Positions 1 through 9,809 of a stretch of DNA of 31,397 bases are shown here, in pieces. Both the position numbers and the translations under genes were made by a program. This stretch comes from a virus. Taxonomy: Duplodnaviria > Caudoviricetes. Location: the IMG/VR virus record IMGVR_UViG_3300028586_000777, positions 1 through 31,397 of that record; one strand, written 5' to 3'. Within the stretch, counting starts at the first letter, position 1; every line of letters begins with the position of its first letter. The notes under the pieces are model-generated. The model ran no database searches. It was not told the DNA's origin and worked only from the letters and a program-made list of their open reading frames with translations.

Positions 1-246
1 CTAAACCCCCTCCATAAAAGCAATAATGCTAAACATGCTGCGGTCGCTAATATTAAAAGTAGCAGCCGTAATCCCGGCAGCTTTGGTTTTTTTGGTTTTG
101 CCAAACTCCTTAAGAAGGATATCGGAATGTTTAAGGTAAGCTTCATAGTACACCTTCCAGTCGAGTATATGCACAGGTACAAGGCCCTTGCCCATAAGTT
201 TTATAAAGTTATCGCCAAGGCTGTTTATTGTTTCATATCGCGTCAT
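1..246 (-). CDS. Small protein with C-terminal HTH-like segment (81 aa), possible DNA-binding regulator
   Basis: ATG at 246 sits 1 nt after the TAA of the upstream gene (TAAcATG), so it is preferred over the ORF-track start at 327. C-terminal AAGITAATFNISDRSMFSII resembles a helix-turn-helix. Confidence 0.55.
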   Translation of the reverse strand: MTRYETINSLGDNFIKLMGKGLVPVHILDWKVYYEAYLKHSDILLKEFGKTKKTKAAGITAATFNISDRSMFSIIAFMEGV

Positions 247-247
247 G

Positions 248-487
248 TTACCATTTATGTATTGGGCAAATATCTGTGCTGCGCACCTTGGCGCTAAGCG
301 GGCATTTACAAACGTTGCAGTAAGCACCCTCTATTTCCTTTAAAGAATCATTTATAAATTCAAGCAGTTTTCCCTGCCGGGCATGGGGGCAGGAGGCACA
401 AAGGTCTGCACGCTGTTGTGCAATCGCTTCGGAAACTTCACTTTTAGAAAGATAATTTTTCCAGCCCGATAAAATATGTTGCAGCAT
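248..487 (-). CDS. Cys-rich putative zinc-binding protein (DUF6171-like)
   Basis: Pattern R..LCASC ... CNVCKCPL.AK.....CPIHKW; 79 aa; same strand as and directly downstream of the tape measure gene. Confidence 0.65.
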   Translation of the reverse strand: MLQHILSGWKNYLSKSEVSEAIAQQRADLCASCPHARQGKLLEFINDSLKEIEGAYCNVCKCPLSAKVRSTDICPIHKW

Positions 488-545
488 TTAACAAGGATAT
501 TTTAATGCCAAATCTTAAAAACCTTTATACAATGAGTAATAAAAT

Positions 546-3347
546 TTAAAAATTAGCCGCATCCCGCACCTGTACATAGCTGTTGCCCTGCGCTATAATA
601 TCCTGTACCGCCACAACCGGCGCAGGCATCGAGCGATTTGCCGTGGCAATTTTTGCAGCAAGCTCATCTACATTTAACGATGGCGAAGCTATATCCCGCG
701 ATACAATGCCACCGCCCGCAAGATAGTTGGGCGTACTGCTGCCCCCGGCCGGGAATGCATTGTTAAACGCCATAAAATGTGCCGCTGCATTGCGGTTCAT
801 AACGCCTATAAGTTCGCCCTGTTCGGCTTCAAACTGTGTACCATCGGCACCGGTAAAAAGCGTGCCACCGTTGCTGTGGCGGTTACCGCCTATATTAAAA
901 AGTGCCCCTTTCTCTGCCTTTGGCGTTTTTGTAGATGTTATCTTTTTTACATTGGCAATACCTGCGGCCACGGCGGCGGCGGCGGCCACAGCACCCAGTG
1001 CAGGCCCTACTATAGGAATGTTACTCATAGCACCGTAAGCAGATACCGCACTTTTATAAGTATCTATTGTAGCCTGCGCCACTGCCATAGCCTTACCTGC
1101 CGCACTTTCCTTGCCCAGTATAGCCGTAAGGCTGCTAAAGGTACTGTTGGCAAGGCTAAGCTTATTATCCATAACGGCCTTTTTAGCATCAACTTCCTCC
1201 TTGTCATACTTGGCATTTATAAGGTTTACATCAGCGCCTGTCTTTTCGGCTTCAGCCAGTTTCTGTTTTCTTTCGGCATTTATTTTATCTAACTGAAACT
1301 GCAGGTCGTAATCATGGTTTACAGTATCAACGGCACGCTTATTGGCAAGGTCGGCCGCTGCTTTGCCATCATCTGCATCCTTTTTTTCGGTATCTAATTT
1401 TTCCCGGTTTACTTTAGCGGCAGCATCAATTTTCTCAAACTCCTCTTGTTTCTGCTGCTCTGTAATTATGCCATTTTGAAGTCTTACTTCCTGATACTTT
1501 TTTTCTTCTGTAGCTAAATCGTCGAGGCGCTTTATTTCCTGTTTATAAAGTTCATCATTTAAAAATTTCCCTGCAGCTAACCGTTCACTATGTGCTTTAA
1601 GATAGGTTTTTAGTTCGCGGTCGGCATTTTCCACCGCAACAGCAGCCTGCGCTTTAGCAAGGTCATTGGTAATTTTGGCATCTGCAATTTCCTTTTGCAG
1701 TTTGGCATTCGCCGATTTTCCCGCCGCAAGATATTCGGCTTCCGCCAATTTGTTCTTTGCCTTAGCTACCTTTTCGGCCAGTTCCAGTTCTTCCTTTAAG
1801 CTTTTTGCCTTAACACCCTGCTGCTCTATAAGGAGGCTAATCGCCAGGCCTTGCCTTTGCACCTCGTCATCCAGTGCCTGTTTTGCCTTTGCCTTACGGG
1901 CATCTTCGGCCTGCCGGCGTTGCTGGTCGGCATCATCATGTATTTTTTGCTTTGCTGCCTCCTGCTTTTCCACCATTTTAATTTCTTCGCCACTAAGCCG
2001 CATCTTTTCTACCTGTGCTTCCTTCAATGCATCTAATTCCTCCAGGGTAAAGCCCTTTATCTTCATGAGCTTTTCAGCATAAGCCGCACCCTGCACCTGC
2101 AGGCCTGTAAGCTCTTCGGCAGTAAGGTTTTTGCCCAGTGCCATATTGCGCACCGTTTGGTTATAGGCTTCATCGTTAAGCTTCTTGCGCTGGGCCATGT
2201 TTGTGCTTTCTATAGCGGCAGCAGCGATAAGGGCATCTAGGCGTTCCTTTTCGGATAACTTCTGGTTCTCCGACACCTTAATAAGTGCTTCTGCCTGTTG
2301 CTTTGCCTTTTCGTTATTTACCTCCTGCACCGCCATTTGTATGGCAAGTTCTTCCTGTGCTTTTTTCAGGCTTATGGTTTCTTCGGCCGTTCTTTTTACC
2401 TCAGCAGTAAAGTTGGTAACCCCCTGTGCGGCATCATCAAACCCTAAAAAAGCAAGCCCATCCGCAATAAAACCCATGGCCGCCTCTGCCGCCTTAACAG
2501 CCAGCTCAAACCCTGCCGCGATACCGTCTATAAGTATTTCGCCCAGTGGGGTAAGCAAGTCCATGAGCGCATCTGTAATGACCGAAAAAGTGGTAAATAT
2601 CTTTGTAATTTTATTAGCACTCTCTGTACTATTGTTCATGGCGTTTTGCACCAGTGCAAACACTACTGCTATAGCCGCCAGCACTATGCCAAAAGGTGTC
2701 GCTATAAAGCTTATAGCCGATTTTGTCATGCCCATAATACCCTGAGACATACTCTCGAAAGCGCCCTTAAGCAGCGGCCCTGTACCGCCGGCTTCCTGAG
2801 CACGGCTTATTAACCCTGTAAGCCCGCCGTTAAAAATATTAATGCTGTTAAAGCCCTCTTTTACCTGGTCTTTATAATCGCTCATGGTGGTAATAAGCTT
2901 TGTATTTGCCGACCCATTTTCCTTTAGCCAGTTATTATTTTCCTGTAGCTTTCTATTTATAAGGGTAATATTCTGGGCATAGTTAGCATCTGTAACAACA
3001 AGGTCTTTGCGCAGGGCAATAAGTTTGCTGTTGTTTTCTACATATTCGTTCTCTGTTTTAGATGTAGCAGCAAGGGCGGTATCAAGTGCAATTTGATTTT
3101 TAATATGTTTGTCATTGGCAAGAACTAATTCATTTAATGCTTTTGCATTAGTAGAGTATGTGTCATTCAGTACATTTATTTTTGTACTGATTTCCTTATA
3201 TTGGTCAGACTGCATTTGACCTGATGTCATAAGCTTGTTCTGTGCATTGAGCAGGCTGTTAAGCTGCCTTTCGAGTTTTAGCTGGCTCTCCATAAGGCTC
3301 TTAGTATCCACATCGAGCCGCGCCAACACTATTACATCATTTTTCAT
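546..3347 (-). CDS. Tail tape measure protein
   Basis: 933 aa, Ala/Lys/Glu-rich coiled coil, hydrophobic stretches (ATPFGIVLAAIAVVFAL; PIVGPALGAVAAAAAVAAG), C-terminal GG.RHS.GG / EAE.GE motif, tail-operon position. Confidence 0.85.
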   Translation of the reverse strand: MKNDVIVLARLDVDTKSLMESQLKLERQLNSLLNAQNKLMTSGQMQSDQYKEISTKINVLNDTYSTNAKALNELVLANDKHIKNQIALDTALAATSKTENEYVENNSKLIALRKDLVVTDANYAQNITLINRKLQENNNWLKENGSANTKLITTMSDYKDQVKEGFNSINIFNGGLTGLISRAQEAGGTGPLLKGAFESMSQGIMGMTKSAISFIATPFGIVLAAIAVVFALVQNAMNNSTESANKITKIFTTFSVITDALMDLLTPLGEILIDGIAAGFELAVKAAEAAMGFIADGLAFLGFDDAAQGVTNFTAEVKRTAEETISLKKAQEELAIQMAVQEVNNEKAKQQAEALIKVSENQKLSEKERLDALIAAAAIESTNMAQRKKLNDEAYNQTVRNMALGKNLTAEELTGLQVQGAAYAEKLMKIKGFTLEELDALKEAQVEKMRLSGEEIKMVEKQEAAKQKIHDDADQQRRQAEDARKAKAKQALDDEVQRQGLAISLLIEQQGVKAKSLKEELELAEKVAKAKNKLAEAEYLAAGKSANAKLQKEIADAKITNDLAKAQAAVAVENADRELKTYLKAHSERLAAGKFLNDELYKQEIKRLDDLATEEKKYQEVRLQNGIITEQQKQEEFEKIDAAAKVNREKLDTEKKDADDGKAAADLANKRAVDTVNHDYDLQFQLDKINAERKQKLAEAEKTGADVNLINAKYDKEEVDAKKAVMDNKLSLANSTFSSLTAILGKESAAGKAMAVAQATIDTYKSAVSAYGAMSNIPIVGPALGAVAAAAAVAAGIANVKKITSTKTPKAEKGALFNIGGNRHSNGGTLFTGADGTQFEAEQGELIGVMNRNAAAHFMAFNNAFPAGGSSTPNYLAGGGIVSRDIASPSLNVDELAAKIATANRSMPAPVVAVQDIIAQGNSYVQVRDAANF

Positions 3348-3634
3348 CCTGTTACAATTACGGTTAAAATATTACTTTCAAGGCTTATTTTTTTATCGGT
3401 CGTGCTTACTCCCATAGCAATAAGGTAGGTTCCGGGTTGTGGGTAAGCAATCTCATATTCGTAATTAGATATTTTAGTAACCGCACCCGTGGCACGTAGT
3501 GTAAAGCTGTAGGCCTCCTGGTTATACAGCGTATTGAGCCACACGGTTACGGGTGTATTTACAGCTGCCTGTATGCTGGTAAGGCCAAAGCCAAAATCTA
3601 TAAGCGGGGGTATGTTTTTAAGTTGCTGTATCAT
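3344..3634 (-). CDS. Small beta-rich protein (PKD/Ig-like), probable virion component
   Basis: 96 aa with YPQPGTYLI motif typical of PKD folds; ATGA overlaps with both neighbours. Confidence 0.55.
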   Translation of the reverse strand: MIQQLKNIPPLIDFGFGLTSIQAAVNTPVTVWLNTLYNQEAYSFTLRATGAVTKISNYEYEIAYPQPGTYLIAMGVSTTDKKISLESNILTVIVTG

Positions 3635-5889
3635 GGTATGACAATTAAAACCGTGTTAGAGTACTGATTTATAGAAGTATTTGTATAATCGTAACTGCTT
3701 ATCCTAAAATAGTGCATGCCGCTTGCTAAACGCGTTGTGGTGTAGGGGCTGCTTAAGTTTTCTGTCGCGCCACTGTAGGCCGACCAGTTAACGGCATCTG
3801 CCGAATATTCTATTATGCACGGGTAGTTATCTATGGTACGCGTAAAGTAAATTATTACCCGCAAGCCGCCTGTTCTTACAATACTTGTAATGGTAAAAAC
3901 TGCCGGGGTGGCTACCACTGCCGGGGTGTTATAAGCTACCTGCACCAGTTCGCACTTTGTAACCTTGCCGGGTATGTAGTTGTTTACCTTGTTTAAAATG
4001 TAGTAGTTAGATAGCTGCTCTATGTAGTACAGTTTCTTAAAATCAAGGTTGGCAATATCAACATCGGTAAGCCAAAGCTCTGCCGTAAGCAGTACTGCGT
4101 TGTTTAGTATTGCCTGTAGCGGGGCATAAAACCTGCTTATGATTTCTTTAAAGCTAAGGCCGCTAAAGGTTTCGCGATAGCTTGTGTTAACAGGGTTGTT
4201 AAGGTCGCCAAGTATGGGCGACGCTACATTTATGGTGCGCGATACCTGCTGCGATTTTAAAAAGTAATAGCGTTTATCTAACGGTTTATAAGTAACGGTG
4301 GGCTCACCGGGCTGTGGGTCTTCTACAATTTCTTTTTCCCAAAGTTTGTACACATTGCTGTTATCGCCCAGGTAGACAGATGGTACACGTTCCGGACTGT
4401 ATATTTTAGATTTTAAAACATCGCGTGTATCGGGCAGGTTTACATTTGCAACAGCAATTCCCCAGTCGTTATGCGAGCTTTCCTTATCGTTATAGGTATA
4501 TTTAAACAGGTTATTTTGGGCATAGGTGCCGTATATATAGTTCTCCTGTGTTTTTTTGCTGAATTTTTTGCTCCAGTTTACAACATCGGCTCCCTGCAAC
4601 TGCTCCTGAAGCGTTAAAAAGTGGTAGTCGTTGCTAAACTTATTTTTGTACATGGTAAGCCCAAAGCGGTGTACCACCTCGTTAAGAAAGTCCTTTACAG
4701 CAAAATCTGTAAATACCTCACTAAAATCAATATTCTCAGGGTCTACCCGCAGGAGCTCTATAGTAAGTTCATCGGCATGCCAGTCTTCGTTAAGTTCATA
4801 ACTGTCAGTGCCCTGTCCGCCTATTATGGCGCAAATACTATCAAAAGCATTAAGCTGAAACGGATTAGAGGTAAACTCGAATTCTTCGCCATATATTAAA
4901 TACGGCCGCTCGTTAAACACGTTTATAATGTTGTTGCCCGTTTGGTAAGCCTGCAGACTATCGCAGTTTTTGCCAAATTGTATAAAACTGTCTTTATGTA
5001 TGCCCGAGTTACCGTCGCGGTGCCCAAAAAGCCTGCCTTTTATTTTAATTTTGTAAGAGGCCGATGCCAGAACTTTTAAATGGATACCGCCATTATTGCC
5101 AAGTAGTTGCGACTGGTACAAACTTGTAGTCATGAACCGGCAATAGTATACCTTACGAATGTACATACTGTTGTTATTGCTTTGTATAAAGTGGTAATCG
5201 CTGCTCTTAAAAAGCGGAATATCGGCAGCATCATCGCGCACCTGCCCTTTAGGGAACGTCATGTAAAGCTGCTTAAAATCGGGCGAATCAAAGATAGATC
5301 CTGTGGGCTGCACGTTATCGTTGTACCTCTGGAAGATTTTTTTCCAGAGCCACGCCACACTAACCGATGGTACCAGGTAATCTATATTTACACGGTTACC
5401 GCCCATTGCAGGCTGGGTGTTGTTGCCGTTATAGTCGGCAATAATGTAGCGGTACGGCACGTTTTGCTGCCACGAATTTATTACATCCTGCACAGATTTT
5501 GTGTGCACCAGCTCTTGCAGCCCCACCTCGTTTAATGTCTTGTTCTCTATAGCCTTGTACAGCTCTATAATACCGTCGTAAATCACGGCTTCATAACTGT
5601 CGCCACCATCAGTAATTACCGCGCGGCCATTGTATACAAAGCATTCGCCCGAGGCACTGTACAGCGAGCATTTATTTTCCTGGTACGGCACCACCGAGTT
5701 GTTGCCCACAAGGGTTAAGTAGTGCATAATGCGCACATTGTTTCCCGTTTTAGGCAGGTTGAATTTATTGGTGTAGCTGGCCTGCCGGTTATCGAGGCTG
5801 TTAAGGTCGTTTACCTGCCGGGTCTGGGCAATAACGCTACCGGCATCAACATCTGCAAGCTGCCCGTTAATGTAAAGGAGTAGTGCCAA
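3631..5889 (-). CDS. Minor tail / baseplate hub-like protein with C-terminal FN3-like domain
   Basis: 752 aa; N-terminus LYINGQLAD...SYTNKFNLPKT.NN typical of Bacteroidota siphophage tail proteins; C-terminal IEYS.D..NW...L.SG.HYFRI FN3-like; TTG start. Confidence 0.7.
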   Translation of the reverse strand: MALLLYINGQLADVDAGSVIAQTRQVNDLNSLDNRQASYTNKFNLPKTGNNVRIMHYLTLVGNNSVVPYQENKCSLYSASGECFVYNGRAVITDGGDSYEAVIYDGIIELYKAIENKTLNEVGLQELVHTKSVQDVINSWQQNVPYRYIIADYNGNNTQPAMGGNRVNIDYLVPSVSVAWLWKKIFQRYNDNVQPTGSIFDSPDFKQLYMTFPKGQVRDDAADIPLFKSSDYHFIQSNNNSMYIRKVYYCRFMTTSLYQSQLLGNNGGIHLKVLASASYKIKIKGRLFGHRDGNSGIHKDSFIQFGKNCDSLQAYQTGNNIINVFNERPYLIYGEEFEFTSNPFQLNAFDSICAIIGGQGTDSYELNEDWHADELTIELLRVDPENIDFSEVFTDFAVKDFLNEVVHRFGLTMYKNKFSNDYHFLTLQEQLQGADVVNWSKKFSKKTQENYIYGTYAQNNLFKYTYNDKESSHNDWGIAVANVNLPDTRDVLKSKIYSPERVPSVYLGDNSNVYKLWEKEIVEDPQPGEPTVTYKPLDKRYYFLKSQQVSRTINVASPILGDLNNPVNTSYRETFSGLSFKEIISRFYAPLQAILNNAVLLTAELWLTDVDIANLDFKKLYYIEQLSNYYILNKVNNYIPGKVTKCELVQVAYNTPAVVATPAVFTITSIVRTGGLRVIIYFTRTIDNYPCIIEYSADAVNWSAYSGATENLSSPYTTTRLASGMHYFRISSYDYTNTSINQYSNTVLIVIP

Positions 5890-5959
5890 TGGTTTTTGTA
5901 TTGGAAGAAATCTTTTTTGAAGTTGAACGCCTTAGGTCGAAAGCCAAAAGCCGGTGTAA

Positions 5960-6665
5960 AAGGAGCGCGGATTAACGCGGATGCTGCACAATCGCGGATT
6001 AGCGCGGATTTCTTACTATGCATTTTCTCGCTTCTTTCTTCAGGCGCTGTCATTGCGAGGCACGAAGCAATCTGATTATTTATGTCAATTACGGTTAACA
6101 CCCCCATTAGTCCTCTCCCCTAACCCCTCTCCAAAGGAGAGGGGAACTCCTGCCGACCTACTCAAGCGGATTTTTTTCTTCACATTCGAGTGTAGCTGCT
6201 GGGGGAGAGGACTTTTAGCATAATTATTTTGTTTTAATATTGTGTGAACACAATAGTAACCTCTCCCCAGCCCTCTCCGAAGGAGAGGGGATAGCTACAC
6301 CCGAATGTCTTTATTTATAGATTAGCCGTTATTCTACATTTAAATCTTATCGAACTGTACCCGTTCGTTGGTCCCCCTCTCCTTCGGAGAGGGGTTGGGG
6401 GTGAGGACTTATTGTGTCCAAACGATATCAAGAGGGGAGCCAGCCCCCAACGCCGCAAAGAGCACGTGAAAGGGTTTTGCAGGTACAATTTTGATCATGA
6501 GTGTAGCTGCCCCCCTCTCTTTCGGAGAGGGGTTGGGGGTGAGGCCATCCAACCTGGTGCAGCTCAATCTAAAATCTAAAATCTTAGATCTTAAATTACA
6601 GTGTAGCTTAGTCTATCATCTCACATCTATCATCTTACACCTATCATCTATTATTTCACATCTGT
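5960..6665. repeat. Cluster of REP/MITE-like palindromes and heptamer repeats
   Basis: CGCGGAT repeats 5965-6011; CTGTCATTGCGAGG-CACGAAGCAATCT 6047-6073; CCCCTCTCC-N3/4-GGAGAGGGG hairpin elements at about 6111-6148, 6258-6300, 6373-6408, 6498-6545; AAATCT- and TCTATCA-type short tandem repeats 6566-6663. Confidence 0.85.
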
Positions 6666-6671
6666 TATCTC

Positions 6672-7826
6672 CTAAAGAGTCTGCGTAAACCGTGCCGGCA
6701 GCTCAATATCAAAAGTAAAATTAGTAAGCGGCTGGCGCGGGTTTTTAATACGTGCCCCTGTGGTTTTTAGCGTTACCTCTATCCAGTCATGGTAACCGTT
6801 GCGGGCATAAGGCCGGCCGGCAAAAAGATAAATTTTAGGGCTGTCCAGTATTCCCTCTACAATAGGGCGTTCATCTTCGGTAAGCAGTTCGGCAACAATT
6901 TTTAAAGTATCCTGACTCTCCTTCCCTATCTGTATAGTTCGGCCAAAGGCATCTTCGGGGTTATCATTGTCACGTTCAAGTTCGCCAAGCTGTTTGGTGC
7001 TGCGGTCTATGCTGTAGGTATCTTCAAACAGCCAGTAGCTGTAGCCACCCATGGCGTTGAGCCACTTAAGGTATACGCCCTCCTTGTACGGCACTTTATC
7101 GAGCGTTATAAAAACATCATCGGCAGAGGGTTGCTGCGTTGCTAATATCCGCAGGCTGTTATGCCCATCGGTCAGTGGCAGGATATCCTCGAGCGTTTCA
7201 TCATCATCGCCATTGCTAAACACCACCCTGAATACCGAACCCGTTACATTAAACTGCTGTGTGAGCAAATTAGTCTCGTTTACCACCCTAAAAACGGTAG
7301 TAGGAGCGTATACCGACACGTCATAAGGGTAACCCTGCCAGTACTTTAAATGCCATGCATTGCCCGATGCCTTTGCAAACGGACTCAGCACGTACGTACC
7401 CAATGTGCTAAGGACATTGTAGTTACCGGGCTGCACCGCGCCTGCAAGCCACGTAAGGGTATGGGTAACACTGGTAGTGCTATCGTCGCTAAGCGTGATT
7501 TCTATGGCTATGTTAAGCTGCAGCAGCGTGCCGGGCGTGGCATTATACACAAAGCTATCGGGGTTGGTACCGTTAGGGTCGGGTTGCAGGGTGTCGTTAA
7601 AATCGCGGGTGTTTATAAGCGCGGTAACATAGGGTTTAAAGTTGAAAAAAAACGTGCCGTCTGGCGCGGGGTACAGCATAACGTTAAGGCCGGCAGTATC
7701 GTTACTGCTGGTTATCCTGCACCACTTTGCCGCCAGCGGACTATCTGAATAAAAGCGGAGCACATCGTTATTGTATGCCATCCGCAGCCTTGCGGCATCT
7801 ATAGGTTTAGAGAAAATTATACTCAT
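6672..7826 (-). CDS. Distal tail (Dit)-like protein
   Basis: 384 aa; YLKWLNAMGGYSYWLF and ILDSPKIYL motifs seen in Bacteroidota phage tail proteins; lies upstream of the hub-like gene. Confidence 0.6.
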   Translation of the reverse strand: MSIIFSKPIDAARLRMAYNNDVLRFYSDSPLAAKWCRITSSNDTAGLNVMLYPAPDGTFFFNFKPYVTALINTRDFNDTLQPDPNGTNPDSFVYNATPGTLLQLNIAIEITLSDDSTTSVTHTLTWLAGAVQPGNYNVLSTLGTYVLSPFAKASGNAWHLKYWQGYPYDVSVYAPTTVFRVVNETNLLTQQFNVTGSVFRVVFSNGDDDETLEDILPLTDGHNSLRILATQQPSADDVFITLDKVPYKEGVYLKWLNAMGGYSYWLFEDTYSIDRSTKQLGELERDNDNPEDAFGRTIQIGKESQDTLKIVAELLTEDERPIVEGILDSPKIYLFAGRPYARNGYHDWIEVTLKTTGARIKNPRQPLTNFTFDIELPARFTQTL

Positions 7827-8278
7827 AAGGCAAGATTTTTTAGGTAGTTAGTAATTTGGGTTGTAAAATCAGAAAGGTATACTTCGCCCACCTTATCCAG
7901 CATTCGCTGAATCCGTTCCGGTGTTACCACGCTGTCCACAATATTTATCGTGCCTGGTTTGGGCCTCCAGCCCTCCCGCCCTATTTTGCGGGCAATAAGA
8001 AAGGCAAGGCTGCTTATGGTCATGTTCTTTTCGAGCCTCGTGGCAATGCCTTTTTGTTTTATCCATTGCTCTATAGCCTCGCTTGGCGGTGGGGTTCCGG
8101 GGGCACGGCCATTTATGTAACCGGCAGCAGTAATGCTGTAGCCGTTAGTCGTAGCTTCTACCTTTACGGTGTCTGCCCAATTGCCGCTTACCGCCTGCCC
8201 ACCGGCTTCATAAGCCGCAATAATATCTGCCTTGAGCAGTTCAAATTCGGCTGCCAAAAGTTGGCCGGCGTTACTCAT
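7823..8278 (-). CDS. Neck/tail completion protein (HK97 gp10-like position)
   Basis: 151 aa; GRAPGTPPP..AIEQWIKQKGI...LAFLIARKIGREG motif common in phage virion morphogenesis proteins; overlaps both neighbours. Confidence 0.65.
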   Translation of the reverse strand: MSNAGQLLAAEFELLKADIIAAYEAGGQAVSGNWADTVKVEATTNGYSITAAGYINGRAPGTPPPSEAIEQWIKQKGIATRLEKNMTISSLAFLIARKIGREGWRPKPGTINIVDSVVTPERIQRMLDKVGEVYLSDFTTQITNYLKNLAL

Positions 8279-8720
8279 AGTTTACAGGAAATTTAATGCT
8301 GTAGCTGCACAACAGCCCGTCCATATTAGCATCGAGCGCATCGGTAACATCTATGTTGTCCCATTGCGACACTTCGGCATCAAGGCAGGCGAGCGTGTTG
8401 CCTATATCCTGAAACACACCCAGTAGCGGTGCGATATTCATTACATATTTAGAGGTTTGCTCATTGCCCCTTTCGGCGAAATACTGCTGGTCGAAGTCGG
8501 CATGTTTTACCAAAAAGAATTTCCCCAGATAAGTAGTGGCTGTAATTTTTGTGCCCGATGTATTGTACTCGCTTTTGCGGTTAGTAAACTCATGCAGCAG
8601 GAAAATCTTATCGGTTTCGAGTGTGCCGTCCAGCAGGTTAAGGGCGGCCTTCTTGCCGTAATGGTAGGTCAGGTTTTTGCTAAGCGCAATATCCTGAAGG
8701 ATGCGTACTATGTCTTTCAT
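8271..8720 (-). CDS. Putative tail terminator / structural protein
   Basis: 149 aa, 8 nt overlap with the neck gene; function inferred from size and position only. Confidence 0.45.
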   Translation of the reverse strand: MKDIVRILQDIALSKNLTYHYGKKAALNLLDGTLETDKIFLLHEFTNRKSEYNTSGTKITATTYLGKFFLVKHADFDQQYFAERGNEQTSKYVMNIAPLLGVFQDIGNTLACLDAEVSQWDNIDVTDALDANMDGLLCSYSIKFPVNYE

Positions 8721-8725
8721 TTGAG

Positions 8726-9246
8726 TTTAAAGTTGAAAAGTTGAATGTTTGAAAGTTGTGTGTATATGAGTGCCTGAATAATAGCACGTGAATGGTCGCA
8801 GATGCAGGCAAGCGCGGATTTTTCCGGTTGCTGTCATTGCGAGGCACGAAGCAATCTCATATAGGTGAATTGTTTTTTTTACCACAAGCGCTATCGCGAC
8901 ACAAGGCATTTCACGAAGAACACGAAGCTTTGTAAGTAAGGCTTGTTCCAAGCTATGAGGACACAAGGCTTTGTGTGCCAATACTTGCGACCTCTTCTTC
9001 AAGCACTGTCATTGCGAGGGAGGCACGACCGTGGCAATCTCATACATCACTAATCTTAATAAAAGATTGCTTCGTACCTCGCAATGACAGTGCGTGAAGA
9101 AAAGTTACCAAAAGAAATATCCTGAAAAAAATCCGCGTTAATCCGCGCCCTCAAATCCGCGACCATCCGCGTTCCCTTCCTGAAAACTGCGACTGAAAAC
9201 TGATTATAAATCATGGTAAAATTCCCCCTTTGGGGGTTAGGGGGCT
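8726..9246. repeat. Cluster of REP/MITE-like elements
   Basis: AAAGTTG-type heptamers 8726-8758; CTGTCATTGCGAGG...GCAATCT at 8831-8858 and an inverted pair at 9005-9041/9064-9091; CACAAG/CACGAAG element 8877-8976; ATCCGCG repeats 9130-9175; CCCCCTTTGGGGG hairpin 9222-9246. Confidence 0.85.
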
Positions 9247-9773
9247 TGCAATTTACCATACTCTGCCTCCACCTCATTCTGGGTTTTGGTCTGGGCAAGG
9301 AGGTTAAATATCTCGCTGTAGGGTTTCCGGCCCAGGTCGAAAGGGTATTGCCCAAACAGCTTGCCCAGTTGCAGTAGCGGAAGTGTATCGCTGTAAGGTT
9401 TCAGTTTATCGGCACCTGCCATTTCCCACAGGTGGGTATCGGTATTTTGCGTGGCGAGCAGCTTGTTTTCGGTGGCAATAACACGTTCAAACTCGGCTAT
9501 CATGAACTTTCGTGCCGAAAAATACTCGATAACCGTTGCCTTCCAAAAGTCTTTTTCGGGTACCTCAAAGCAAATCTCAAATAGTTGCTGTATGCCCTGC
9601 CAGCTATTCACTTTTGGCAACAGCCTTATGCAGTATTTTACATTAGCATACGGCATTTGGTTTACGTTCATTTGCCTTTTGGCAAAGTGGTTCTTTGGGT
9701 TTAGGTGGGTTAATATATCATAAGCCGCAGGATCTTTAAGGGCGGTGTATTGTTTTAGGGTGATGTTTTTCAT
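9237..9773 (-). CDS. Putative tail assembly chaperone
   Basis: 178 aa, helical, C-terminal AG.DKL.PY...LPL.QL.K.FG..P.D....PY.EIF..L pattern; position between terminase and neck genes. Confidence 0.5.
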   Translation of the reverse strand: MKNITLKQYTALKDPAAYDILTHLNPKNHFAKRQMNVNQMPYANVKYCIRLLPKVNSWQGIQQLFEICFEVPEKDFWKATVIEYFSARKFMIAEFERVIATENKLLATQNTDTHLWEMAGADKLKPYSDTLPLLQLGKLFGQYPFDLGRKPYSEIFNLLAQTKTQNEVEAEYGKLQAP

Positions 9774-9809
9774 GAACGTGGATTTGTTTATTCGAAGATT
9801 CGGTTATAG

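Noticed and set aside
727-5535. Plus-strand ORFs opposite the tape measure and hub genes
   Set aside because: Antisense shadows of long coding regions, with low-complexity Ser/Ala/Phe-rich translations.
9056-9355. Programmed frameshift extension of the putative tail chaperone
   Set aside because: The alternative frame runs straight into REP sequence, the gene is not adjacent to the tape measure gene, and no convincing slippery site was identified.
546-9773. Contractile tail, tailocin or eCIS interpretation
   Set aside because: No sheath, baseplate wedge or spike genes recognised; capsid, portal and terminase are present, indicating a DNA-filled non-contractile particle.
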